A stretch of DNA of 60,653 nucleotides, the filler included, from Sphacelaria rigidula (lineage: Eukaryota): the NCBI GenBank assembly GCA_964200075.2. It is 8 parts of 8 records of this genome, joined end to end, with 100 filler letters (N's around TTAATTAATTAA, not from the genome) between each part and the next. Parts side by side here need not be neighbours in the genome. Positions count along the whole stretch, not along the records: positions 45,567 to 53,060 come from CAXNAA020014669.1; positions 53,161 to 60,653 come from CAXNAA020014670.1; 6 more parts are not named here. The stretch is one strand, 5' to 3'. Made by a program: the position numbers and the translations under genes. How positions within the stretch are numbered: the stretch's first letter is position 1; every line of letters starts with the position of its first letter. The notes under the pieces were generated by a model. It was not told the DNA's origin and did not search any database. It saw nothing but the letters and a program-made list of their open reading frames with translations. This document shows positions 50,270 to 60,653 of this stretch, piece after piece.

Positions 50270-50830
50270 ATTGTCAGTAATTGATATCGATCGACAAGTT
50301 TCTCCGTTTCTTGTTGCCGGCAACGGCTATCGATAGGTTCCTTCCCCACATTTGTGCTCGGGCAGCAGTCTATTCTTGTGACCCTCAAAAGCTTTTGCTG
50401 CCGACCGGATTTATCGATAGATAGCGTTTCAAATCTTGATGACAGCAATGACTATCGATTGACTGTGATAAACCCATTGAAGGAGACAATGGCTTTTGAT
50501 AGACTGCGTACAAAATCGTTGATGATGGCAGTGGCGATCGATAGATACATGCCCGCTGTGGTATACTCTGCCTATCGGTAGGTATCCCGTGTCGTCTATC
50601 GACACACCCACCACGCCATATAGTGTACTGTGTGTAGAGCACCACATCTGTTCGTGACGGCAATGGCTACGGCAATGGCTATCGATAAATGACTCACCGA
50701 AACTATTGATCTCGGCAATAGCTACATATACATGGCTCAGAAATCTGTTGATCACGGCAACGGCTATCGTTAGATAGCTCCCAGAAACTGTTGCGGTATA
50801 CGATGCCCATCGATGGCCAGTGATCTTCTA
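50270..50830. repeat. Degenerate array of GGC(A/T)ATCGATA / CGGCAA(C/T)GGCTATCGAT motifs
   Basis: The motif recurs at about 50320, 50410, 50450, 50535, 50670, 50715 and 50760. Confidence 0.65.
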
Positions 50831-50950
50831 TCGTAATTTGCAATAGAATAATTGCAAGAGACTAATTGATCAACGCTTGCACACAGTGTACAGAATCAAT
50901 AAATATGTTGGCATTTGTTGTAAATATGTAAATATGTATCGAGAGATCAA

Positions 50951-51048
50951 ACCTTGGACTTCAAGGGTAGTCCATCTGGATCATGCATTCTTTTTTCGAG
51001 TGAAATTGATGCCGATTCAACAGATGACCTACTCTGGCCGTCGAAGGG
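50951..51048. mobile_element. piggyBac-type MITE, diverged subfamily
   Basis: Same core (CTGGATCATGCAT...TGAAATTGATGCCGATTCAACAGA) as 5066-5163; right end GGG-TTAA. Confidence 0.8.
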
Positions 51049-52444
51049 TTAAGCCTCCCCCCGCGTCCATTGCTGAAGCCAAGGACTGTCGTTATGTCCA
51101 CTGTCCAGAGCGTGCAGATCATCAAAGTTTTCAGAAAGACGGCAGACGCATTCCTCGTATAACAGTAGCGATAAAACGTTGGTATAATTAATCGCGTCGT
51201 CATCCATGCGGCTCTTCCGAATTTGAGTCTAGTACACGAGTAACGTTGTTTGCTGACCACGGGACAGTGCAGAGTTTGACAATCAGCAGTCGTGCAAGTT
51301 CGGAGCGTCCTCGGGCGTAGGAAAACCCGGTAGTTTTGGCGGTTGGGACCCTTGGTAACCGGGGAACTGGGATGTTAATATTGGGTATTTTCCAAGGCTG
51401 TGTGTATAGGGCATTCCCTACATTAGGTATTTTGAAAGCTCGTACTTTATATGTTGAAGACTGCCGCTTTGGCTCCATTTCGTATTTTCACGCCCGACGA
51501 GAGGGCTAGGCAAACATTGGCACCTTGAAATGACCTGCTTTACTCGTCAAGACCGTTCCAGGGCATTTTTGCGTTTCCCGGTGGCCGCAGTTTCGGAACG
51601 GTCTTAACGAGTGGAGCACGTGCTTCCAAGAGGTCGGCATCCGCCCAGCCCTCTCTCCTGGCGTCAAACGACGGAGAAGGGTCAAAAAGGCGGTTTTCGC
51701 CAGGATTTTATTCTTACAAATAATGAGATTTGGCCACCCAAATCTTGGTCAGAGTGTGGACCGTATCTAACTCTACAGTACCCGATGCTTGGGAAAAGCT
51801 TGGACATCGGATCGTTGCAACATGAAATTCGGGAGAGAAAATACGTGGGTACTAGAGGGTATGTACCCTATTCCAAGCACCTCTGGGACCGTGAACGATC
51901 GAAGGTTGACGGCACACCTCAGGCAAAACAAAACTCGGGTTGTTTTTCACAACCCACTCGTACGCGACGTGCACAGCCAAGTCTATCGACGCAGTTCTCC
52001 GTCAAGTTCGTGAGTGACAACAGACAGTACCTCACCTCACTGTTGTGAGTCGCATTTTCCGATTTTCGGGGGGAGGTTCTCAAACTCAACACCTGCCTGC
52101 TACCCGGTTTTACGGCCGAGCCAACGCACACGGGGGAAAACCTCTTCAACGCGCACCCCGTGCCAAAACATTGCTGGGTTTTTGGCTGCTTCTCCCGGGG
52201 CGTGTTTGGCAATGTGCGCGGTAGTCCTACATCTTGTGACTGCTGATCGTACGAGTACACCCTTACACTGCGATCACACCGCCATCAGTCATGGACGTCT
52301 TTCCATGGCTCGTAAAATCAGCGATGCTCCCTGATTGTGTTCCTGCACGTGCATGCTATGATTTGTCGTCGTCGTTATCTCGGCTTCTTCCTCCCCCCCG
52401 GAATTTTGAGCACCAAAACGTAAGTGTCTTTTTTAGGAGAAGGA

Positions 52445-52523
52445 ACGGTGCTCCGTCTTGAAAGGGATGCGTGGTCAACGGTCAAACAAATAAGGCGAGC
52501 AACAAATGAGTACCCCCCCCCCG
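52445..52523 (-). mobile_element. CAAGGGTCTGTCG-family module
   Basis: Reverse complement matches 1-65 and begins GGGGGGTACTCAT. Confidence 0.8.
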
Positions 52524-53160
52524 AAATGTTCTGCGTTTCCCTCCTCTCTCTCTCTCTCTCTCCCTCTCTCTCTGTACGCTCTTCCCCTCTTCTCGTCATT
52601 TCGTCTTATTCTTTCAATGCAGAGTTAGTGCCCGTCTTTCGCCCTGTCGAAACTCGCCAGTTAGAGTTTTTTGCCCGAACAGTATGGTCTTCATTCAGGT
52701 AGCTGAGTAGGAGCCTACCCCCAAGACTCGCCCACGTTTTCGGAGAGCCTACATAGCTAAATCCACGGGGCAGTGGACTGCCCGGGAGGGTCAATCGCAT
52801 TTCATTCTATTTTCGACACTGTGGTCCCAAGACATAACTGCGTCGGAACCTGCTTCCAAGGCTCTGCTGGGTATGTTTTTGCACGGCCTCCTCAGCTAAA
52901 TAAAGTTATGGAAGACGGTTCCGTTGGCCTCTTTTCCAGTTCGCAATATACTCTCATCTCGATTCTAAAATAATTTTGTCTTTTGCGAGTTCTCTAAACC
53001 CTTAGGAGCTGGGCCAGCCCAGAAACGGATTTAACCTGGCAGAGCACTATCTCATCACCGNNNNNNNNNNNNNNNNNNNNNNNNNNNNNNNNNNNNNNNN
53101 NNNNTTAATTAATTAANNNNNNNNNNNNNNNNNNNNNNNNNNNNNNNNNNNNNNNNNNNN

Positions 53161-53466
53161 TTATCTGTGGAGATCGCAACAGATTTTCTTGCACACGTAT
53201 TATTGTTCAGCGGCCATTCTCGAATCCTTGGAGCCAAGCGAATCTGAAAAGTGGGCTAGGCTCCATTCTGTGGGGTGATGCAAAATGTCCAAGACGTGTG
53301 TTGGCGATTTTCCCTGTTTGGGGGTCAAAAGGGGGATCAAACGCCAAAAAGTGAACAATCCGTGGGCCAAAAATCTGTTTGCCATAACATCCGGTCTGAG
53401 TGAGCATTGCAGAAACAGAAAATCGCGATCGATACTCGATATTTTGATGCACGATGTTCACCGCTG
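53161..53466 (-). mobile_element. hAT-type element end (family of 1390-2019) containing modules related to 6900-7135
   Basis: Minus CAGCGGTGAACATCGTGCATCAAAATATCGAGTATCGATCGCGATTTTC aligns with 1390-1438. Confidence 0.75.
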
Positions 53467-54182
53467 ATATCAATCTGTGTACACCTCATTGCGCTGCGTT
53501 GAACTTCGCTGTCAGAATTTGGGGTAGTTAGCCTGTGACCACAGAAGGCGTCCGCATCAGATGCCCAGTACAGAGTTCTGCACAGATATCGGAACGGTTT
53601 CTAGTATCAAGACTAAAGACTACGACGACGACAACAACGACAACGAATGTCGGGCGGCGGGGGAAATCAGGGGCGAGATGGATACGTGAAGAAGTTCACA
53701 CGAAAATATGCCGCCAAGAACACTAACGCCTCTTGCAGGTTGACCTTTGAGCATCGTCCCGTATCGGCCGCGCGTTCACGTCTTGGATGTTTACTTTGCT
53801 GTGTTCGACGTGATTTTGCAATCCTTTTGATATGCGGTACCCAAGTGATACGATTTGTATCTGTTCAATATCCGAAGATGTCAGAAGTAGAAAGCGGCGG
53901 GTGGAAAAACTTCTGCTGGCGCAATCGTTTTTGTGCTCATTAGAACCTAGACGATACAAAGTAGCTCCGGTAAGAGAGAGAAGAGCGTTCTGTTGCGTCA
54001 CTCCTTTCCGATGTCCAGTATCCCGCCTGCGGTGATTTCTACCATGTTTTGCGATGTAGTGCCGAATCCCAGTAGTATATTCTGTGCTCCAGTAGGACAT
54101 ACAACTAGTGCCACAAGTACTGCAGTGTCTGTACTGCGTGCAGTCCAGTTCACGCAGTTGTAGGTGTAACGCCTCCCCTCAC

Positions 54183-54337
54183 CTAGATAAGGCCGTCGCA
54201 TGGATCACAACGTCTGCAGCCTGGTAGTGATCGCACAGAGTCTTGAATTGAGCGGTGCAGATGCATGCGTCTCCCTTGCTCAGCAACGCGCCGAGCCCTA
54301 GCGCCACAGTTGCCAAGACACTCTTGCCGATGATCAT
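54183..54337 (-). CDS. Secreted TIMP-like (NTR/OB-fold) protein, first coding exon, paralog 1
   Basis: MIIGKSVLATVALGLGALLSKGDA|CICTAQFKTLCDHYQAADVVIHATALS: signal peptide, then C-x-C at the predicted mature N-terminus and ADVVIHA; AG|gtgagg donor. Confidence 0.75.
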
Positions 54338-54454
54338 TGCTGAAATGCCCTTGCCTCACTCCTTCTGGAAAAATGCAGCTTCTGCGTGTGTTCGGTCGTG
54401 CCTCAATTTGAGCGGGCGGGGTTGGTGCGCGGGGCCGCCCGCTGCTTACCCACG

Positions 54455-54464
54455 CTATATATAC
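54455..54464 (-). promoter_or_regulatory. Candidate TATA box of TIMP-like paralog 1
   Basis: GTATATATAG on the minus strand ~120 bp upstream of the ATG, inside the upstream block conserved between the paralogs. Confidence 0.35.
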
Positions 54465-56379
54465 CTCGCGGTCCACATGAAAGAATGTGGTACATCACGA
54501 TTCTAGGGAAATAATTATGGTGGGTCGGGCGGTGGTTGGCATCATAAAGAACACTCCGACTGCCAATGCGTCGATTCGTGCCCGCTCTGAGCATACCTAC
54601 CACCATAAACTTGTTTTGATGTGCTGGTGCTCCTCCAGATTCCTCAGCAATACTACTCGTAAAGGTATCTCAAACTTGAGATTCGCGGTACAGTATGTTG
54701 CACATTGATATGTAGTCGAATATATTCGAAACTTCGAGCTTGAGATATAGTGTATCCCTAGTAACTGCATTTTCCCCGCACCCGTACAAATAAGCGAAAG
54801 GGCAGCACTGGGAGCGACCACGAGTTTAGGCGAACTATTGTCCATCACAGCGGCTCCGATCCTAAGAGATCCCGTTTCACGTTGTTCCGACGAAACAGAT
54901 CATCTCTGGCCGATGGCACCATCTGCGCGGGGAAGAGGCGCAAGTTATCGTCTTCGCTGTACTTTGATCAGGCTCGATGGTTAACCATTCTAGCAATTGC
55001 AGATGGATACCGGATTGAAACCCCTGGCCAGCGAGGTTGGACCATCTGGAGCATGCGTACGAATTATCTATGCTCACCGCCACGCAACTCATCAAAATTC
55101 GACTGCAAATGATGCCAACTAAAAATATAAACACATGTCCCAACGGTTCGCCTGCCTGTGCATGGCGTGTTGTTCAACGTACTATTATACTAGCATAGAT
55201 TCATGACCGCGACTGAAGTGCGCGAGGTGCGGTCAATCAAAAATGATGAAACAACGTAGTAACAGGGCAAACAAACGGCCTTTCATTGGTGCTTTCAGGG
55301 TTTGGGACGGATCAATGCACGCTGCTCATCATCTTGTTGAAGCCACCGCATACGAGATACAACCACACTTCACAGTATATTTCAGCAATCTTGTATACTT
55401 GTACGGTATTGCTACTCCTCGTATAACAATCGGCAATATCGCGCGGCCTGCACCGCACGGGTACCGCGCCATACCGGGTACACGACAAAGATACAGACCG
55501 TAATCAATGCGCTGTAGAGGTGTACGTAGTACTTGTGGCAGACAACAGCAGTGTGGGGTGTCGGAAATGCAAGGAGTTGCCTCGTCCGTGCATATCACGA
55601 AAATGAAGAGGCAAGATTGAGCTTCACAGGTCGGATGCCGTACAGGAATCACCCTCCCGCAGTCGGGCGTAAAATCATCCATGGAAGAACGTTACTCCAG
55701 GGCCATGATGACCACGAGCGACGCTAGCGGGGTCTCAATGGATCCTTGAACAAAACTCAGCGATGTATGCTCACAGGCATCCAATACGAGCAGTGAGCAG
55801 CGCGACATTTTTTCCTTGATTGAGCGCTCAAGAATCATGTTTGGCAAGCGCACTCCATCCATAACTCATATTTCATACGATTTTCATCATAATATGACGA
55901 ACCTCTCCAGGGCTGCAGGGATAAAAGTCCATGTTGCCCACCCCCGACGGCTACAAAGCTGATGTGATACTGTACAATTGTAGCCACAGAACAGCCACTC
56001 AATCGACATGGTCTATATCACACACGTGGGGCATCAATACTCTCTCCCTGCTACTGACTGCCGGGTTTTCCGGCCTGTTTCTTAAGCTCCGCGCTGACTG
56101 TGCTGCCCTGCCCCCTTCGGAACTTCCCCCCCGTCTGCGGTTTGTCAGTAGGCCCAAGTAAAACCCACGAACCCACCGGTGCGCTTGCTTCCGTGCTGTA
56201 TGCAGCTAACGGTAGCTTCATACTACACACGCTCTCATCTTCTTTAAGATGCACACGATAGTCGTACAATTCTTTCGTGAGCTCCGGACTCTTGCGCGTG
56301 ATCAGGACACCAAACCACCCCATGCTCAATCTCGACAATACTCCACGTTTCGCCAAGGAACGGTCTACTGTTATCCATG

Positions 56380-56749
56380 GTGTGTGTGCGTGTGTGTGTG
56401 TGTGTGTTGCCGTCCCTTTATTCTGGACGCCAGTCTACGCATCTTTCGGTATATGTGGGCGCACCAGCCGGGGTCACGCAGGAGGAAGGTCAACACAGGA
56501 TATTTTTGTTTGTTTGTTTGTTTACAGTCATCTATCTTCTACCTTCCTCCTGCGGTGCTTGCCTTTTTTATTTTTAATCGCGAGAGGGGTAGAAGTCGAT
56601 TTTTGTGTACTCACGACATAAATAGTCGCTCTCCGGACTGTCGGGCATTGTGTGAGGAAAAAATCCCACATCACTCCGAGATTTGAATTAACCCAGGTCC
56701 CAACCGTCAGAAGGTTTCGAGGTTATCAACTGAGCCACTGAGGCGACCG
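56380..56749 (-). mobile_element. tRNA-derived SINE family B with long (CA)n tail
   Basis: Colinear with 47060-47350 and 49901-50256. Confidence 0.88.
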
Positions 56750-56767
56750 TGTCCCAGCGGAGATTAA

Positions 56768-56866
56768 CCCTTCGACCGCGAGGTTAGTCTTCTGTTGAAT
56801 CGGCATCAATTTCGAGTGAAAAAAAAGTATGCATGATCCAGAAAGACTAATCTCGCGCTCTAAGGG
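56768..56866. mobile_element. piggyBac-type MITE (opposite orientation to 5066-5163)
   Basis: TTAA-CCCTT...AAGGG-TTAA, same core. Confidence 0.9.
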
Positions 56867-58185
56867 TTAATGTTGTTTGCCAGTTTGAGTGAGGAGTCAG
56901 CTAATTGCTTGGAGGCACAATGTAGCCATGGTGGTTGTGGGAGCCGTTTCTTATTATTCTGAGGTGCAGTGCATTTTTGCAGCTTCTTACCTGCCGAATC
57001 CCTTGTACTTCCCGATCTCTTTTTCTAATGTTCCCCCTGAGTCCAACAGAAGTGCTCACCTGTAAATTATTAATTTATTTCAAAACGAGCCCGAGATTCT
57101 CAAGAACGAAATTCTCAACAACCGCCGCGCTCTGCATCTGTAAACTACTGTGAAATACAGCGGGAATCTCGAGTTTGAGATACCTCTACTACTATTGCTG
57201 TTGTAGGACGGTACTTCGCGCGTGCGGGCGGTCCGTCATCATGATGAGTTACGCAAAGCTGCAGCCATCTATGTGCATTGCTCCATCGCAGACCCCGAAA
57301 CCACAAACAAGAATCGCAATGTTTGTCCTGTCACTGCCCCTCTATCAGGTTGACCGCCTCGCGCACCGCAGTTCATGTACAGAATTGATTCTAGCCATGC
57401 GAAACGACGCGCGTCATGTAATGCAGGCGAACCCTCCGGGCTCACGGTAGTTCGCTGAATTAGCATCATTTTCAGTCGAAACTTGAGTGTTGAAATCGGG
57501 TACCTATATGCGGTCGCTGAAAGGTTCAGCATCGAACTTCATTGAAGTGCACTGAAGACCATACATGCCTCAGTTTTGTTTTGTCTGGGGTACGTCTATC
57601 ATGTTACCACGGCTGGATCCCCTAGGCGTCAGTTCAAGTGCGACAATCAATCGAATCAGTGAAACAAAGTTCCTCTCTCTTACCTGCGTAGACAGTACAG
57701 TGTAACCGGTCAGAAATTATATGTTTAGTCGCAAAAATGTGTAATTTCTCCGGCTTGCTACCGACAATCAAGCCGGTTTCGGAGATGTCTGAAGAGAGTC
57801 CGACAAATCCGGAAAGTTATGAGATCTCCCGAAAAGCAGTGTTGGTGATGGGCCTTTACGATGGGCCTCTTCGGCTGTCGGGGTGCGCGGAAGGAACATC
57901 AAAACAAGGTCACGGAATGTCTGTCCAAAACGGGCACGATTGACACATGCTGTCCTTACCGTTTAGCCATGTGATCATGATGCCAACCATCGCCTGACTC
58001 GCCATAATACCCTAGACGCGTGATTTACCACATTCAGTTATTATACGATCGACCGCCAAAAATGACGTGGGGAAGCCACGGGCGGCACAGTACACCCGCC
58101 CCTCCCATTTCAGAGGCACCACCAAAGACACGCAACGTGAACAGAATTTCAGTACTCGTAGGTGTTAGGCAAACGTATTTTAGCG

Positions 58186-58340
58186 ATGACCATCGCCAAG
58201 AGTGTCCTGGCGACTCTTGCGCTTGGAATGGGTGCGTTGCTGAGCAAGGGAGACGCTTGCATCTGCACCAAAATTTTCAAGACTCTGTGCGATCACTACG
58301 AGGCTGCGGACGTGGTGATTCATGCAACGGCCTTGTCTAG
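58186..58340 (+). CDS. Secreted TIMP-like protein, first coding exon, paralog 2
   Basis: MTIAKSVLATLALGMGALLSKGDA|CICTKIFKTLCDHYEAADVVIHATALS; same 155-nt length and same phase-2 donor as paralog 1. Confidence 0.75.
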
Positions 58341-59861
58341 GTGAGGGAAAGTATTGCGCCCACCACTTCAACAGAAGATGCAGTCGTGGTGGCGTATGCA
58401 GTAATAATGTTGATGTAGTACCGGCAGTACTGCTTTCGTTAATAGTTCACACTCAGGTGTAACTCGTAATACACAACGTACAACAGGAGTGATACGCGAC
58501 TCATGGTAATTAGTTCATTCCTTTCAAGGTGCTCAAGAGTAGTATGCGGTGAAAATGGACTTTCTCCCGCCTTTTTTCGTGACTCGCTTGAGAGCCTGGG
58601 GCTCTCTAGGTCGAACAGAAACGACGGCGCGTGATGTCAGTTCGTGAGCATTATATTTGTTTCAGGTAGTATTTGCCGGGATCTAAAATGTGTATCCTGG
58701 AACGGTGGCCCTTCGCATCTGGGGTGCTTCGGCGTATTCCCCATTTCATCTGTCTAAATGATTTCTTGATTTCCAGCTAGTTTCACGAACCGAAATGCTT
58801 CGCAATGAGCGGCTTCACTTGAACGTATCACAGCCATGATAATATGAAGAAAATCTTGGAATCGTGAAGTGACGATAAGGAAGCGATTGCATGGCATTAC
58901 AACACCCAGCAGTAGCAAAATCCATCTTCTCTCAAGTGTATAGCCTCGTCGTCACATACCCCCCTTCGCCTTTTTCTCAACAGTGAAAACAACGTAACCA
59001 AACACACCTCTAGCTAGACAAAAATAATTAATTACCCAATGATATCTGAAAGCAGAAATGATGAGGCGATGAAAAGGAATATTGTTTGAGTGCGAGAACA
59101 ACGCGAGATGCTTTGTGTTCCGATCATCTCTCCATGAATAGTGTCGTCTCTTCATTTATCATCTGTGTACGTGCTTGACTACAACCATTCATTTATTCGG
59201 TTGGAATGCAGGGCCTTGTTGTGCGGCTCTCTACGGGGGGAAACCTGCCATTACTTATCTCGTACAGCTGACTGAAAAATAGCGCGAAAACTGCACGGAT
59301 GTGGTGGTGTCGTAGATGGACGACAGCATTGACTAGTAAGTCTCCTGCAGGTGGCAGACTCGTGTTTCCGTCACCGATAGCGGACAAGAGGTTTCTACGA
59401 CCTCCTAAGGGGCTTGTAACTTTTGTGTGAGGAACCATGCCTCGATCCGCCCACCCCGCCCCTCTGCTTCCCGCCGATTGTGTTGGACCATGAACAGATT
59501 TCTCCAGACCAAGTTCGAATTAGTTCCAGTCTTCAAGCCAACATCGTTTTTCTTCACTGCTGTACTGTCAGGAAGCTCCAAGCGATCGATTCGTTTCGCA
59601 ATAAGCAGACTTCTCAGGGGCCCGGCAGCGCCCGGGCATCATTTTATCTGGGTGGTGATAAGGCAGCACCACTGCAATGTGGTTGGGTTTTGATATGCCG
59701 TGGGCGCACCCCCTCCCCCGCCTGCTTCGCCTATTTGGACGTTCTCGAAGTATGATGTAATGTGTGAGCGGACCGTGTGCTGTGTGGATCGCATCGGACT
59801 TCCAACAACCCGGGACCGACGTTTTCAAGACCGCTCGGACCAGTCCCTGCAGAGACCGCGC

Positions 59862-59896
59862 CCCTGATCCCAACCCTAACCCTAACCCTAACCCTA
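59862..59896. repeat. Short interstitial telomere-like (CCCTAA)n tract
   Basis: Three full CCCTAA units, one partial unit, and two degenerate units upstream. Confidence 0.8.
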
Positions 59897-60104
59897 CGAT
59901 TGTTTTTAACCTCTGATGCGGTCCATAAAGCACGCGGGGCAGCAGCCGCTCCACAAGATACATCAAAGCCTTCGCTAGTAGAGGGAAGTTCTGAAGATGA
60001 GCCCGGGGCGGGCGGCGGGCTTTATTGGAAATGTTCGTGGCTCGTGACGTTTGGTACTGTTCTTGAAACAGACCGACTACTGTCCCGAAGACAGTAGTTT
60101 AGCA

Positions 60105-60348
60105 GAGATCATCTCAGCGGTCTCCATGCCAAGGAGTTCTGCACACGGCAGCTGATCGCATCCGCTCTATACACGGCAGCTGACCGCATCCGCCAACGCC
60201 TCGACAATAACCTAGGGGACAGAAGGCTGGGTGTATCCCCCCCCCCCCTTCCCCCGCCGCTTCCGTACCCTCCCCCCTCCCCTCTCAAAAGCTCGAATTT
60301 TCGATCTTGGGGCCTACGTATCCCAAAATAGTTTTCGACAGACCCTTG
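60105..60348 (-). mobile_element. CAAGGGTCTGTCG-family element, left end
   Basis: The minus strand starts CAAGGGTCTGTCGAAAA, then G-tracts and a module matching 95-190. Confidence 0.7.
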
Positions 60349-60653
60349 GTAGCACCTCAAAATGGCCAAAACCTTTTGTTGATGGTGCGTGATGATTGAC
60401 AGCCGTGAAAAGTACTTGGGAAGTAATAAGATCGCATTGAAATTCGTCCTGAGGCTTTGAATGGAATTGCTTGACAACATTGCTTGACCACAGTCCTACT
60501 CTAGCACCGACCCTTCCCGATCATTATCCGTCATCCCTCCGCTGAGCGATGCTACGGTAGGGAGGGGCGGGGGGGGGGGGGGGGGGGGGGGTTTTTGCTT
60601 GTTGTGCAGGTGCGGGTTGTGTGGGTGGGGTTGTGAGTGATAGTGTATAGTGG

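Noticed and set aside
53470-53578. Candidate second TIMP exon (TLYWASDADAFCGHRL resembles TIMP IYTA.SSAVCGV.L)
   Set aside because: No counterpart found downstream of paralog 2, the intervening TIMP segment is missing, and the frame runs into a hAT end. It may be chance, so it is not called.

Overview
Eukaryotic, intron-containing, repeat-rich DNA. A brown alga (Phaeophyceae) is the most likely source, inferred from the style of the copia/RTE peptides, the long G/C homopolymers and a TTAGGG-type repeat. The window is not one locus. It holds eight contigs (7495, 7495, 7494 x5 and 7493 bp, in descending length) joined by seven identical 100-bp N44-TTAATTAATTAA-N44 linkers, so adjacency across linkers means nothing. 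Host-gene content: a J-domain (DnaJ) exon, a 4-exon multi-pass membrane protein gene, two low-complexity protein genes, and a head-to-head pair of paralogous first exons encoding signal peptide + TIMP-like N-terminus (C-I-C...ADVVIHA). That pair is the most interesting item: it shows purifying selection, with one fully substituted 6-nt spot in the predicted protease-contact segment. The rest is a varied TE landscape. It includes an RT-deleted Ty3/gypsy element abutting a Ty1/copia RT-RNase H, an RTE-type LINE end, two tRNA-derived SINE families, a repeat with a tRNA-like unit at its 3' end, hAT, piggyBac and mariner-type MITEs, and a modular CAAGGGTCTGTCG-terminated family found on six contigs. 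All calls were made by eye, with no database searches.
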